Shown: positions 48,636 through 58,951, numbered from the stretch's first letter. The stretch is 64,000 nt of DNA from Brevibacterium luteolum (GCF_013004595.1 NZ_JABEMC010000005.1:124001-188000); one strand, 5' to 3'. Translations and numbers: made by a program. The notes: generated by a model not told the origin, from the sequence alone.

Positions 48636-49190
48636 GTGAAACGGTCCACTCGTGCGGCACTCGCTGCCGCTGCCGTCGCCCTCGTGATCCCTGCCAGCGG
48701 CTGTGCCAGCCTGCTGTCGGCGCAGCAGACCGCGGAGTATCAGTACAACGGCGGCGACGGAGCCTGGAACGTCGAGAACGAGCAGGTCAAGGTCCGCGGA
48801 CTGCTGCTCATCGCCAATGACGACGATGTCGCGCAAGTGTTCTTCACTGTCGTCAACAACTCCGATGAGGACGCCGACGTCCAGATCTCCGTCGGCTCCG
48901 CCACCGCTTCGGAGACCGTACCGGCCGGCGGCCGCTGGGTGCAGAACCCGGAGAACGCCGCCGCTGAGTCCGAACCGCTGCTGACCGAGAACTACGGCGG
49001 CAAGCCCGGCGACAAGGTCGATGTCGAGGTGACGATCAACGGCGAGACCGAGATCGTGCGCACCCAGGTGCTCAACGGCGCCCACCCTGACTACCAGGAT
49101 CTCGAGCCCACCGGCGCTCCCGGTGACGATTCCGCCACCGGCGTCGTCGAGACCCCCGGGCCAGAGGAGTCGCCGACCGCGACCCCCTGA
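48636..49190 (+). CDS. Putative lipoprotein divergent from carD
   Basis: GTG after AAGGAG; signal peptide with lipobox ASGC. Confidence 0.7.
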   Translation: MKRSTRAALAAAAVALVIPASGCASLLSAQQTAEYQYNGGDGAWNVENEQVKVRGLLLIANDDDVAQVFFTVVNNSDEDADVQISVGSATASETVPAGGRWVQNPENAAAESEPLLTENYGGKPGDKVDVEVTINGETEIVRTQVLNGAHPDYQDLEPTGAPGDDSATGVVETPGPEESPTATP

Positions 49191-49203
49191 TCCGCTCAGA
49201 CAT

Positions 49204-49241
49204 AGAAGGGGAGGCAGAGCAGATGCTCTGCCTCCCCTTCT
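49204..49241. terminator. Bidirectional terminator-like hairpin
   Basis: AGAAGGGGAGGCAGAGCA-GA-TGCTCTGCCTCCCCTTCT. Confidence 0.7.
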
Positions 49242-49262
49242 TCGTGCGCTCACCGCCGGGTA

Positions 49263-50120
49263 TTACTCTCGATCGTTTCGCGGATATGAGCCCCAGTGAT
49301 CACGATCTGGCTCCCACCCGATCGGCGGCTCAGGCGAGGGATTGTCAATGCCTCGGCGCAAGTTCCAGAGTTTCCATGCCTCAACCAGAAGCTCGACTGG
49401 AACCGACCATGTATCGATGAAGTCGAATTGATGGTCTATGCCGTACGGCGTGTTCCAAGTCCATGATCGGGCGTGTGCTACTCCCGAAGCACGGTTCCAA
49501 AGCTCGAAGACTCTGGTGACTGACTGATCGGGATCTCCAGGCAGCTGAGGAGCGACGACCCGAAACATATCCGACTCATTTACGGAGGTCCGTTCTTTAA
49601 GCCCCTCACGTACTAGTATTCGACCCGCGCTTTCCGCGAGCTCCGACGTATGTTTGTCCAGTGAGGCTAGTAGGCCCGGAACCATTGCTGTCCGGTCACT
49701 CCATGCATCGAGCATCCGGCGCGCGTCTTTTGCTTCGTTATTCGCAAGCTTCGCGGCCCGAGATATTCTCTCTCTCGCGGAATCGGGCTGCAGAACAAAA
49801 ATCGCTCTTGCGGCGCCAAGCAGGGTTGCGCGCGCCAAGCTCGCCTGTGGGCGATCGAGAATTCCTCCACCCGTCACAAAGCGGAGGTGCTCCGCTATTC
49901 CAGCGTGCTCACCTGCGCTGGCAATAGACCTCCACGCAAGATACGCAGGGTTGAGGTGCTGTTCTAATTCGCCGAATTTCCGCATGTGAGTAGCGATTGC
50001 ACTGTTCGCATCCCGCTCCACTGAGGCTGGATTCTCGACCAGGCGTCCGAGGTACGCCATGGTAATTCCATACCCCTCGTCGAGACTATTGATATCCTGC
50101 TGCAGCTCGCTCTCGGCCAT
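49263..50120 (-). CDS. Hypothetical protein, visibly lower GC (likely acquired)
   Basis: 285-aa ORF with AGAGGAG RBS; many A/T-ending codons; no family recognised. Confidence 0.65.
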   Translation of the reverse strand: MAESELQQDINSLDEGYGITMAYLGRLVENPASVERDANSAIATHMRKFGELEQHLNPAYLAWRSIASAGEHAGIAEHLRFVTGGGILDRPQASLARATLLGAARAIFVLQPDSARERISRAAKLANNEAKDARRMLDAWSDRTAMVPGLLASLDKHTSELAESAGRILVREGLKERTSVNESDMFRVVAPQLPGDPDQSVTRVFELWNRASGVAHARSWTWNTPYGIDHQFDFIDTWSVPVELLVEAWKLWNLRRGIDNPSPEPPIGWEPDRDHWGSYPRNDRE

Positions 50121-50190
50121 TGGCTCCTCTATTCAGACCGCGTGCTCATCATTAAGAGCTTCGCGTCCAGATTTCTCGCTATCGGCGGGC

Positions 50191-50871
50191 TCAGCCTTCG
50201 AACTTGTAGCCGAGTCCGCGGACGGTGACGAGCAGCTGCGGGCGGGAGGGTTCGACTTCGACTTTGGCGCGCAGGCGCTTGATGTGCACGTCGAGGGTCT
50301 TGGTGTCGCCGACGTAATCCTGGCCCCAGATCCGGTCGATGAGCTGGCCGCGGGTCATGACGCGCCCGGCGTTGCGCACGAGCATCTCGAGGAGTTCGAA
50401 CTCCTTAAGCGGCAGGGACAGCTCCTCACCGCGCACACTGGCGACGTGCCGGTCGACGTCGATGCGCACCCCGCCTGCTTCGATGACGGAGTCCATCAGG
50501 TCATCGGGTTCGGCGTTGCGGCGCAGCACGGCGCGAACGCGGGCGAGCAGCTCACGCGAGGAGTAGGGCTTGGTGACGTAGTCGTCAGCGCCGAGCTCAA
50601 GGCCGACGACCTTGTCGATCTCGGAGTCCTTGGCCGTGAGCATGATGATCGGCACGTTCGACTTCGCACGCAGCTGGCGGCACACCTCGGTCCCGGAGGC
50701 GCCGGGCAGCATGAGGTCGAGCAGCACGAGGTCGGCGCCCACCCGGTCGAATTCGGCGATGGCCTCCAGGCCGTCGGCGGCAACGGTGACATCAAACCCT
50801 TCCTTGCCGAGCAGGTACGACAGGGGGTCGGAGAATGATTCTTCGTCTTCGACGAGCAGAATGCGGGTCAC
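50191..50871 (-). CDS. regX3: OmpR-family response regulator RegX3
   Basis: LLVEDEES, LDLMLPG, GLELGADDYVTKPYS, YVGDTKTLDVHIKRLR. Confidence 0.92.
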   Translation of the reverse strand: MTRILLVEDEESFSDPLSYLLGKEGFDVTVAADGLEAIAEFDRVGADLVLLDLMLPGASGTEVCRQLRAKSNVPIIMLTAKDSEIDKVVGLELGADDYVTKPYSSRELLARVRAVLRRNAEPDDLMDSVIEAGGVRIDVDRHVASVRGEELSLPLKEFELLEMLVRNAGRVMTRGQLIDRIWGQDYVGDTKTLDVHIKRLRAKVEVEPSRPQLLVTVRGLGYKFEG

Positions 50872-52154
50872 GTCGTCTGTTTCCTTTGTTCTTCAGTTGT
50901 CTCACGGTCGACCGTGCCGTCCACGGCGCGTCCGTCCTCTTCCTTCTCCGGCGCTGGGGCCCGGCGGGCTTCAGGTTCGTCGGCGATGAGGATGCCGGAT
51001 TCGGCAGCCTCGGCGATCACCGGATGCTCCTCAGTGTGAGCCAACGGTAGCACCACGGTGAAGGTCGATCCCTGCTTGGGCTTCGACCACACGCGCACCT
51101 CACCGCCGTGGGTGGCGACGATGTGCTTGACGATCGACAGTCCCAGACCGGTTCCGCCGGTCGCCCGGGAACGTGCCGGGTCGACGCGGTAGAAGCGCTC
51201 GAAGACCCGTTCGGTCTCCTCGCCGGTCATGCCGATGCCCTGATCGCTGACGGCGATGAAGACCCGCTCGTCGCTGACCCGCACCCCGATGCCGACCTGG
51301 GTGCCGGCATTGGAGTAGTTCACGGCATTGTCGACGAGGTTGCGGATCGCATTGGACAGCAGGTCCGGGTTGCCTTCAACGGCCCAGGCCGAGGGGCAGT
51401 CGACGGTGAGCGAGATGTTCTTGGCATCGGCTGCGGTCACGGCACGGTCGACGGCGTCGTCGATGATGTCGGCGACCGGGATGATCTCACCTGAGGGTGC
51501 CTCGTGGTCCTGGACGGCTGAGAGGTCGATGATCTCCTGGACGAGCTGGGAGAGCCGGTGGGATTCGCGCTGCATGCGACCGCCGAAGCGCTCGACGGCC
51601 TCGGGGTCGTCGGAGAAGTCGGTGACCGCCTCGGCTAAGAGCGCGATCGCCCCGATAGGGGTCTTGAGCTCATGCGAGACGTTGGCGACGAAGTCGCGGC
51701 GCACGGCCTCCAGCCGGTGGGCGTCGGTCTGGTCGTCGCACAGCACGAGGACGAATGCCGCGCCGAGCGGGGCGACGCGGGCGTGCAGGTAGCGCAGCGC
51801 CTGGCGGGAGCGGCCGCGCTGGGTTTCGAAGTTCGTCTCCTCGATGAGCCCGCGGGTGCGGACCCGGTCGATGACTGCGGCGAGTTCGGAGGCGACGATG
51901 CGGTGGCCGCGCACGAGCCCGAAGGTGTAGGCCGCCGGTGAGGCCTTGATGACGTCATTGCCGGCGTCGACGACGATCGCAGCGCTCGGCAGCACGGCCA
52001 GCACCTCGGCAATGCCGTCGGGAAGCTCGTTGTTCGAGTGCAGATCAGCGGAATCGCGCGTGCGATCGGAGAACCGGAACGCCAGGATGGCGACGATTCC
52101 GATCGCCAGGCCCACGAGGCCTGTCACTGCAGCTATGAACAACGGATCTTCCAC
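50868..52154 (-). CDS. senX3: Sensor histidine kinase SenX3
   Basis: RRDFVANVSHELKTP, NLVDNA, FERFYRVD, GGTGLGL; TATGCT -10 box 7 nt before GTG 52154. Confidence 0.9.
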   Translation of the reverse strand: MEDPLFIAAVTGLVGLAIGIVAILAFRFSDRTRDSADLHSNNELPDGIAEVLAVLPSAAIVVDAGNDVIKASPAAYTFGLVRGHRIVASELAAVIDRVRTRGLIEETNFETQRGRSRQALRYLHARVAPLGAAFVLVLCDDQTDAHRLEAVRRDFVANVSHELKTPIGAIALLAEAVTDFSDDPEAVERFGGRMQRESHRLSQLVQEIIDLSAVQDHEAPSGEIIPVADIIDDAVDRAVTAADAKNISLTVDCPSAWAVEGNPDLLSNAIRNLVDNAVNYSNAGTQVGIGVRVSDERVFIAVSDQGIGMTGEETERVFERFYRVDPARSRATGGTGLGLSIVKHIVATHGGEVRVWSKPKQGSTFTVVLPLAHTEEHPVIAEAAESGILIADEPEARRAPAPEKEEDGRAVDGTVDRETTEEQRKQTT

Positions 52155-52227
52155 ACACACCAGCATACGGGCCAACGCATGAGACGCCTGTCCGATATAA
52201 TGACGGCGGTTCTGACATTAGCGAACT

Positions 52228-52255
52228 GTTCACCCAGCCGTCAGCATGGATTCAC
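52228..52255 (+). promoter_or_regulatory. PHO-box-like direct repeats (RegX3/PhoP site) in the senX3/phoU divergent promoter
   Basis: GTTCA (52228), CGTCA (52239), ATTCA (52250): exact 11-nt phasing like actinobacterial GTTCA PHO units. Confidence 0.6.
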
Positions 52256-52357
52256 TGCTGACTGGGAAGGTGAGAACGATTCACGGCCCCGTGGCCGCAG
52301 CCGTGCATGCGCTGCAGCCAGGGGTCTGACGCTTCAATCTGAAAGGAAGCATTCCGA

Positions 52358-53023
52358 ATGCGCGAGGTCTTCAAGGCCGAGCTCGAGAACATCGCCGACG
52401 AGCTCGTCGAAATGGCAGCCAAGGTGAGCGAGGCGATGCGCTCAGCGACTGAAGCTCTTGAGAACAACGACCTGGAGCTGGCGGAGAAGGTCATCGACGC
52501 CGATACTGAGATCGACAATATGACCGCCGATCTCGACCAGCGCTCCGCTGAGCTGCTGGCGCTGCAGGCACCGGTTGCCGCTGACCTGCGTGTTGTCATC
52601 TCCGCACTCAAGATGAGCGTGGCCCTCGAGCGGATGGGCGACCTCGCCCGTCACATCGCCTCGCTGGTGCGCATCCGCCACCCACAGCCGGCGCTGCCGG
52701 AGGGCTTCCGCGACGTGTTCCTGCGCATGGGCGAGGCCGCGATCCGGATCGGTGAGGAGATGGAGCAGCTGCTCGACAACCCGGGTCTGCGCGGTGTCCC
52801 GCTCATCAACGCCATCGACGAGGAGCTCGACCAGCTGCACCTGCGGGTCTTCGCGCTCATCGCCGACTCCGACCACGGCGCGCTCTCGCCCGCCCAGATC
52901 GCTGACATCACGCTGCTTTCGCGCTACTTCGAGCGCTTCGGCGATCAGGCCGTCAACGTCTCCCAGCGGGTCGAGTACCTGCTCACCGGCAGCTGGGTCC
53001 CGGATCTGTCCGCCAAGGACTGA
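52358..53023 (+). CDS. phoU: Phosphate signalling protein PhoU
   Basis: LQAPVAADLR, LERMGDLA, RYFERFGDQAVNV; divergent from senX3. Confidence 0.92.
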   Translation: MREVFKAELENIADELVEMAAKVSEAMRSATEALENNDLELAEKVIDADTEIDNMTADLDQRSAELLALQAPVAADLRVVISALKMSVALERMGDLARHIASLVRIRHPQPALPEGFRDVFLRMGEAAIRIGEEMEQLLDNPGLRGVPLINAIDEELDQLHLRVFALIADSDHGALSPAQIADITLLSRYFERFGDQAVNVSQRVEYLLTGSWVPDLSAKD

Positions 53024-53045
53024 GGCCTTCTCGCTGAGATGAGGC

Positions 53046-53975
53046 TCAGCTGCCGGCCGGTTCGGCATCATCGTCAGGGTCGCACTCAATCTGGGTGCGG
53101 CCCTGACGTTTCTGTGTGCGCCGGCGGCCGATGATCCCGGTGGTGACGGCCACCCCGAGCAGCAGCAGGCAGCCGCCTGCCACCTCGGCGGCGGTCGGCA
53201 CATCGCCCTTGACCACCCACGCGGAGGTGACCCCGATGACAGGGACGAGGAGGGTGAACGGGGCGACCTCGGCGGCGGCGTAGCGGCCGAGCAGTGTGTT
53301 CCAGGCGACGTAGCCGATGAGTGAGGCGCACAGTGCGGTGTAGGCTGTCGAGGCGACGACACCCCAGGTGGGGTTGGCCAGTGCGGTGCCGACGGCGGCC
53401 GGTCCGTCGATGATGAGGGAGAGGACGAACAGCGGGATCGGCACGACGGTTGCCGACCAGATCGTCAGGCTGACCCCGCCGACGCCCGCACCACGGGCGG
53501 CGACGTTGCCGATTCCCCAGGACAGCGCGGCGGCGAGCACGACGACAACCGCAATAGCCGGGACGCCTGCGGTGCGTCCGGCGATGATGACCGCCAGCCC
53601 GGCGACACCGATGATGATGCCGATGACGCTGCGGGAGCGCGGCCATTCGCGCAGCACGATGACGGCGACGATGGTGGTGAACACCGCCTGCATCTGCAGC
53701 AGAATCGAGGCCAGGCCTGGCGGCAGGCCCATGGACATGGCGACGTAGAGCAGACCGAACTGGCCGGCGGACATGAACAGGCCCACGAGCAGGACCCGGC
53801 CGAAGCGCCCGCGCGGGAATGGGACGAAGAACACGGCGGGGAAGACGACGACGATGAAGCGTGCGACGACGAGCAGCAGCGGCGGCCAGTCCTGGACGCC
53901 GAGGTCGATGAAGAGGAAGTTGATGCCCCACAGCACGACGACGCCGAGGGCGATGAACACATCGCGGACGCTCAT
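53046..53975 (-). CDS. EamA/DMT family exporter
   Basis: WGINF, PPLLL..RF, GQFGLL, PGLAS, APFTLLVPV. Confidence 0.88.
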   Translation of the reverse strand: MSVRDVFIALGVVVLWGINFLFIDLGVQDWPPLLLVVARFIVVVFPAVFFVPFPRGRFGRVLLVGLFMSAGQFGLLYVAMSMGLPPGLASILLQMQAVFTTIVAVIVLREWPRSRSVIGIIIGVAGLAVIIAGRTAGVPAIAVVVVLAAALSWGIGNVAARGAGVGGVSLTIWSATVVPIPLFVLSLIIDGPAAVGTALANPTWGVVASTAYTALCASLIGYVAWNTLLGRYAAAEVAPFTLLVPVIGVTSAWVVKGDVPTAAEVAGGCLLLLGVAVTTGIIGRRRTQKRQGRTQIECDPDDDAEPAGS

Positions 53976-54008
53976 GCCCTGAGGCTACACCCGCCGGCAG
54001 CGACGCGA

Positions 54009-54055
54009 AGACGCCATCTCACCTGCGCGTGTGCTCGCGAGGTGAGATGGCGTCT
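54009..54055 (-). terminator. Hairpin after gpmA
   Basis: AGACGCCATCTCACCT-N15-AGGTGAGATGGCGTCT. Confidence 0.6.
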
Positions 54056-54071
54056 GCGATGCTGGTGCGGT

Positions 54072-54815
54072 TCAGCGTCCCTGGTTGGCGACCTGGCCGA
54101 TCGCCGCTTCTGCGGCTGCGGCGTCGATGTAGGTGCCGCCGGGGTTGAGCGGTGCGAAGCTCTCGTCGAGTTCGTAGTGCAGCGGGATGCCGGTCGGGAT
54201 GTTGAGGCTGGGGATGTCAGCGTCGGAGATCCCGTCGAGGTGCTTGACGAGTGCGCGCAGCGAGTTGCCGTGGGCGGTGACGAGCACGGTGCGGCCGAGC
54301 TGCAGGTCCGGCACGATCGAGTCGTACCAGTACGGCAGCAGGCGCACGATGACATCGGCGAGGCATTCGGTGCGCGGGATCGCATCCCCGAGGTTGGCGT
54401 AGCGTGGGTCGCCGGCCTGGGACCATTCGGAGGAGTCGTCGAGGACTGGCGGCGGGGTGTCGAAGGAGCGGCGCCAGGTCATGAACTGCTCTTCGCCGAA
54501 CTCGTCGCGGATCTCCTTCTTGTTCTTGCCCTGCAGGGCGCCGTAGTGGCGCTCGTTGAGCCGCCAGGAGCGCTTGACGTCGATCCAGGCGCGGTCGGCG
54601 TGCTCGAGGGCGATGTCAGCGGTGATGATCGCGCGCTTGAGCCGGGAGGTGTGCAGCACCTCGGGCAGCAGGTTCTTCTCTGCCAGCAGCTGGCCTGCGC
54701 GAGCGGCCTCGGTGCGGCCCTGTTCGGTCAGCGGCACGTCGACCCAGCCGGTGAAGAGGTTCTTCTGGTTCCATTCGCTCTGCCCGTGGCGCAGCAGCAC
54801 AAGGTTGTACGTCAT
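54072..54815 (-). CDS. gpmA: 2,3-bisphosphoglycerate-dependent phosphoglycerate mutase
   Basis: [36 protein letters not shown]. Confidence 0.96.
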   Translation of the reverse strand: MTYNLVLLRHGQSEWNQKNLFTGWVDVPLTEQGRTEAARAGQLLAEKNLLPEVLHTSRLKRAIITADIALEHADRAWIDVKRSWRLNERHYGALQGKNKKEIRDEFGEEQFMTWRRSFDTPPPVLDDSSEWSQAGDPRYANLGDAIPRTECLADVIVRLLPYWYDSIVPDLQLGRTVLVTAHGNSLRALVKHLDGISDADIPSLNIPTGIPLHYELDESFAPLNPGGTYIDAAAAEAAIGQVANQGR

Positions 54816-54899
54816 ATCTCCATTGTGGCACAGCGCCACCATGCAGAACGGGGGCAGGTCAGGCGGCCCAACGGCGGGCGGCATCAGCCGCCGGCTGCC

Positions 54900-55418
54900 T
54901 CACACCTTGAGGTATTCGTTGTCCTCGGCCAGCAGGTGTTCGAAGGCGGCGAGGTTGCGGGTGGACTCCCCGCGGCTGACCCGCCAGGCCCATTCCTTCT
55001 TCATCGAGGTGAGGAACCCGATGACGAGGAGTTCGTTGAAGCTCTCGTCGGCAGCTGAAAGGAACTTGCCGAGGATCTCGTCGATGAGGTCGTCGTCCCA
55101 GGCGCGCGGCGGGATCGAGGCGTTGAGGTAGACGTCGCCGAGCTTGTCGGTGGCGAACGCCAAGCCTTTGAGGCGGGAGTTCTTGTGCAGCAGCCAGGCG
55201 TGGAACTCGCCGTGGTTCTCATCGGCATGCCGGATGACGAAGGCCTGCAGGTCGATGCTGCGCGGGCTGCATTTGACCGACACAGTCGTCTTGAGCTTCT
55301 TCTCCCCCGGCAGGCTGACGACCGCGTGGGTGTCGGCGAGCCGGTCGACTTCGAGCCCGGATTCCTCAGCCCAGGTCACCAGCCGGTCGGCGGCGGCAAG
55401 CGGGTCGGTCGTGCGCAT
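54900..55418 (-). CDS. YbjN-domain protein
   Basis: LPGEKKLKT, AFVIRHADENH, SMKKEWAWR; usual position between mshA and gpmA. Confidence 0.8.
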   Translation of the reverse strand: MRTTDPLAAADRLVTWAEESGLEVDRLADTHAVVSLPGEKKLKTTVSVKCSPRSIDLQAFVIRHADENHGEFHAWLLHKNSRLKGLAFATDKLGDVYLNASIPPRAWDDDLIDEILGKFLSAADESFNELLVIGFLTSMKKEWAWRVSRGESTRNLAAFEHLLAEDNEYLKV

Positions 55419-55460
55419 CTGTCGCTCCTGCCTCAAACGGTCGAAACTGCTGTTCTCAGC

Positions 55461-56699
55461 CTACGCTGTGGCACCGACACCGGACAGCCCATTGAGCACA
55501 GTGTCGACACAGTGCTCCCAGGTGAACCGGGCGGCCTGACGCACGGCTGCAGCAGCCATCTGCGCCCGGGTGTCGTCATCACCAAGCAGCCTGGCGATCG
55601 CCTGCGCCCACACCTCGGGGTCGTGCGATTCGAGGAGGACGCCGGTGGCGGGTGTGACGATGTGGCGCAGCCCGCCGACGGCGGCGGCGATGACCGGCGT
55701 GCCGCAGGCGGCGGCCTCGGCGGCGGCGAAGCCGAAGGACTCGCTGCGGCTGGGCACGAGCACCGCATCGGCGGCCCGGTACCAGTCGGCCAGCCGCTCG
55801 GCCGGTTCCGGGGGCAGCACAGTGATCGCCGGTTCGGCTGTGGCCGCCTCGGCCATCGCCCCGGCGGTCTGGGTGTCGGTGCCACTGGCGGCCCCGAGCA
55901 TGTACAGCCGCGCGGACGGCAGCTGATCGCGCAGCTCTTGCATCGCTGCGATCGCGACATCGGTGCCCTTGATGTGCTGCATCCGCCCAACGGCCAGCAA
56001 CACGGGGTCTGTTCCGAGCCCGAGGCGGTGGCGGGCGGCGTGACGGTCGCCGGGTGTGTAGACGGTGTGGTCGATGCCGGGCACCGCGGCGATGACGCGT
56101 GCCGGTGGCGTACCGAGCAGGTCGATGATGTCGCTGCGTTCGGCAGGAGTGTTGGCGATGGCGAGGTCGGCAGCAGCCGCGATGCGCGGTTCGGCTGCCA
56201 GTCGGTCGGCCGGTTCGCGCCGGGTGCCGGTGTCGCGGTCCTTGACCGCGCCGATCGTGTGGAAGGACACGACGAACTTCGCGCCCGTACCGTGGGTCTC
56301 GCGCATCCGCAGGACGGCGGCGGCCGAGATCCAGTAGTGCGCCCAGATGACCTGGCAGTCCGCGAGCTGCGGCAGCTCGGCCAGCGCGGAGGCGATTCCA
56401 TCGAGGTGTGTCAGCAGGTCCTCTTTGGTCCGGGCGGGGGTATGCAGCCGGTGGACCCGCACGCCGGGCCCGAGGTGGGAGCTGGCTGCCCAGGTGATCG
56501 GCGCCTCGGGCGCGGGGTCAGGGCGCGCAGTTGCCTCATCGACACTCAGTGCGGGGTCGGCGGTGATGATCTCGACCTGGTGACCGCGGGCTGCCAGTTC
56601 GGTGGCTGTGGCGCGGACGTAGACATTGAGCCCGCCGGCATCGCCCTGCCCGGGCTGGGCGTCGGGGGCGGTGTGCAGGCTGATGAGCGCGATGTTCAC
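55461..56699 (-). CDS. mshA: GT4 glycosyltransferase, D-inositol-3-phosphate glycosyltransferase (MshA)
   Basis: SLHTAPDAQPGQGDAGGLNVY, HYWIS, PSRSESFG..AAEAAACGTPV; synteny with ybjN-gpmA. Confidence 0.8.
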   Translation of the reverse strand: MNIALISLHTAPDAQPGQGDAGGLNVYVRATATELAARGHQVEIITADPALSVDEATARPDPAPEAPITWAASSHLGPGVRVHRLHTPARTKEDLLTHLDGIASALAELPQLADCQVIWAHYWISAAAVLRMRETHGTGAKFVVSFHTIGAVKDRDTGTRREPADRLAAEPRIAAAADLAIANTPAERSDIIDLLGTPPARVIAAVPGIDHTVYTPGDRHAARHRLGLGTDPVLLAVGRMQHIKGTDVAIAAMQELRDQLPSARLYMLGAASGTDTQTAGAMAEAATAEPAITVLPPEPAERLADWYRAADAVLVPSRSESFGFAAAEAAACGTPVIAAAVGGLRHIVTPATGVLLESHDPEVWAQAIARLLGDDDTRAQMAAAAVRQAARFTWEHCVDTVLNGLSGVGATA

Positions 56700-57529
56700 G
56701 CTGGTGGGGTGTCCTCTTCGTTGAAGAAGCCGGTGAGGATGCGGCGGACTTCTGAGCGGCCCTTCCACAGGATGGATCCGGCTGGCAGCACGATGAGCTC
56801 GGCGGTCGGGAAGGCTTCGGCGTACCGCTGGGCCATCTCGACGGGGTGGGCGGGGTCGTCTTCGTGGGTGAGAACGAGAACCTCGCCGGAGAACTCGGCA
56901 GCGGCCTCCGGATTGTCGACGGCGATCTCACCGGCGAGGCCGACGCCGTCGGACATGTCGGTGTCGAAGAGAGCGTCGACCTTCTGACGCACCCAGTCCT
57001 GGACCGGTTTCGCGGCGGTGAGGTCCTCCGGTTCAGTGGCGAGCAGCGCCTCGTACAGGCCCTCGCGGTCACCGGTCTTGAGCAGGCCGCGCATGAGGTG
57101 CAGGTGTTCGGCGTTGCGGGCGGCGATGTGGTCGGGGAAGCCGTCGAAGGACGCCGGCAGCACAAAGGCAACCTTCTCCAACTTGGTCGCTGCCGGGTGG
57201 CGGCTGGTGATGAGGCGGGCGAGGCCGCCGGCACTCATGGAGACGCCGAGGGCGCGGGTGGCCCGCGTGCGCTCGAGGGCGTCGGCCAGCTGGTCGGCGA
57301 TCGTCTGATACGTCCAGGGCCGTCCCGGTGAGGGGCGGCCGCCGTGCCCGCCGAGGTTGACGAGCGCTCGCGTGCCGTCGACACCGGTGGCGAACGGGCG
57401 GGTGTCGCGGATCGCGCCGGAGAACCCGTGGCCGAACAGGGTCACAGGAGCGCCGTCGCCGAAGGTCGAGACATAGCCGGTGTCAGGACCGGGATGGTTG
57501 CGATCAGGTGCTGTCGCGGTATCGGTCAT
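56696..57529 (-). CDS. Alpha/beta-hydrolase fold protein
   Basis: HGFSG, nucleophile elbow GVSMSA, D..HP. Confidence 0.75.
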   Translation of the reverse strand: MTDTATAPDRNHPGPDTGYVSTFGDGAPVTLFGHGFSGAIRDTRPFATGVDGTRALVNLGGHGGRPSPGRPWTYQTIADQLADALERTRATRALGVSMSAGGLARLITSRHPAATKLEKVAFVLPASFDGFPDHIAARNAEHLHLMRGLLKTGDREGLYEALLATEPEDLTAAKPVQDWVRQKVDALFDTDMSDGVGLAGEIAVDNPEAAAEFSGEVLVLTHEDDPAHPVEMAQRYAEAFPTAELIVLPAGSILWKGRSEVRRILTGFFNEEDTPPA

Positions 57530-57843
57530 CGGCCGCGGAACCGGGGGTCGACGGAGCGCAGAGCCTTGCGCACATCAGCGAAGTACACGGCTGCAGCGAC
57601 GAAGCCGAGCAGGGAGAGGAAGAACGGAAAGCGCACGCCGGCACCCAGCGGCAGGGCGAGGAATCCGACGACGGCGGCAACACCGAGCAGCACCGTCCAG
57701 AACACCTTCGACTTCTTATCCGCAGCACGGTAGACCTCGTCCTTGTAGCGCAGCGAATCGAGGAATGCGGCGATCTCGACGACGAAGGCGACGACGACGA
57801 TCGCCAGGTAGAGAAGGCTCTGGATGTTGGCGAGGACCTGCAT
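57526..57843 (-). CDS. DUF2516 family membrane protein
   Basis: YRAADKKSKVFW, VYFADVRKAL. Confidence 0.8.
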   Translation of the reverse strand: MQVLANIQSLLYLAIVVVAFVVEIAAFLDSLRYKDEVYRAADKKSKVFWTVLLGVAAVVGFLALPLGAGVRFPFFLSLLGFVAAAVYFADVRKALRSVDPRFRGR

Positions 57844-57847
57844 GCCC

Positions 57848-58192
57848 TCAGCCTAGCAAGCCAGACACCCGCAGCCCGCCGGTCACAGCCATGGCGATGA
57901 TCACGGCGATGAGCATCGGCACCCGGCAGATGAGTGCCGCAACACCGGCACCCACTCCGATGAGCCGGGCCGGGTCAGCCAGCTCCTGACCGTCGAAGAC
58001 CGCTGTCGTCAGAGCCACGGCGGCGATGAGGACGACGGCAGACCTGTCGAGCCAGGTGCGGGCAGGGCTCGGGGCGGTCTCATCGGGACCTGCGGTGCGG
58101 GTCATGCCGCCCAGGCGCACGCCGGTCAGGCGCAGCAGATAAGTGCCGCCGGCTAAGCCGGCGAGGCTGATGAGGAAGACGAACGGGCTCAC
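57848..58192 (-). CDS. azlD: AzlD-domain small membrane protein
   Basis: GTYLLRLTG plus hydrophobic helices; GTGA overlap with azlC. Confidence 0.75.
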   Translation of the reverse strand: MSPFVFLISLAGLAGGTYLLRLTGVRLGGMTRTAGPDETAPSPARTWLDRSAVVLIAAVALTTAVFDGQELADPARLIGVGAGVAALICRVPMLIAVIIAMAVTGGLRVSGLLG

Positions 58193-58902
58193 CGGCGACC
58201 ACCGCCTCGGGAGCGGAGCGCTGCCCAGATGCCGAACGGCACCAAGGCGAGCAGCCCGGAGACCGGGCCGAGGCCCAGGGGCAGCAGCGGGGTGAGAGCG
58301 AAGGCGATGGCCATGCCGAGCAGAGCGGCCGGGCCGGTGATGCGGTGTTTGAGGTCGGAGGTGATGAGGGCCAGCAGGATGACGGGGAAGGCGGCGTCGA
58401 CGCCGAGGGCGTCGGCATCGACGATGCGGCCGAGCAACTGGCCGGTGGCTGCGCCGATCGGCCAGCAGATGAAGATCGCCACACCCATGATGAGGAATCC
58501 GTGCCAGCGGGCGCGTTCGGTGGACTGAGCGCGGGAGAAGGCGACGGTTTCGTCGTTGACGAGATGGGCGGCCAGCAGCGAGCGGCCGTCCTGCGGGATC
58601 CACGCGCCCACGGTGAGGCCGAAGGGCAGGTTGCGGGTGTTGACGAGCAGGCCGGCGAGCACAGCGAGCATCGGTGCTCCGCCGGCGGCGACGACGCCGA
58701 CGAAGGTGAGTTCGGCCGCCCCGCCGAGGGCGAAGACGGCGAGCATGACGGTCTGCCAGACCGGGAAGCCGGCGGCCCCGGAGATCGCGCCGTAGGAGAC
58801 TGCGACGGCGAAGATCGTCAGGGTGATGACCGCGATGGTGCGGTAGGCGCTGGCGGGCAGTGCGCTGCCGGCGGGTGTCGGGACCATGAGCACATGGTGC
58901 AC
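58189..58902 (-). CDS. azlC: AzlC family branched-chain amino acid exporter
   Basis: GGAAE, LVNTRN, HLVNDETVAF, GVDAAFP. Confidence 0.85.
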   Translation of the reverse strand: MHHVLMVPTPAGSALPASAYRTIAVITLTIFAVAVSYGAISGAAGFPVWQTVMLAVFALGGAAELTFVGVVAAGGAPMLAVLAGLLVNTRNLPFGLTVGAWIPQDGRSLLAAHLVNDETVAFSRAQSTERARWHGFLIMGVAIFICWPIGAATGQLLGRIVDADALGVDAAFPVILLALITSDLKHRITGPAALLGMAIAFALTPLLPLGLGPVSGLLALVPFGIWAALRSRGGGRR

Positions 58903-58913
58903 GAGTCCTCAGC

Positions 58914-58929
58914 GTTCGTCAAAACGAAC
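58914..58929. promoter_or_regulatory. Palindromic operator for the adjacent XRE-cupin regulator (inferred)
   Basis: GTTCGT-CAAA-ACGAAC in the short divergent intergenic region. Confidence 0.6.
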
Positions 58930-58951
58930 AGATGTCCATTACGCTGTGTGC

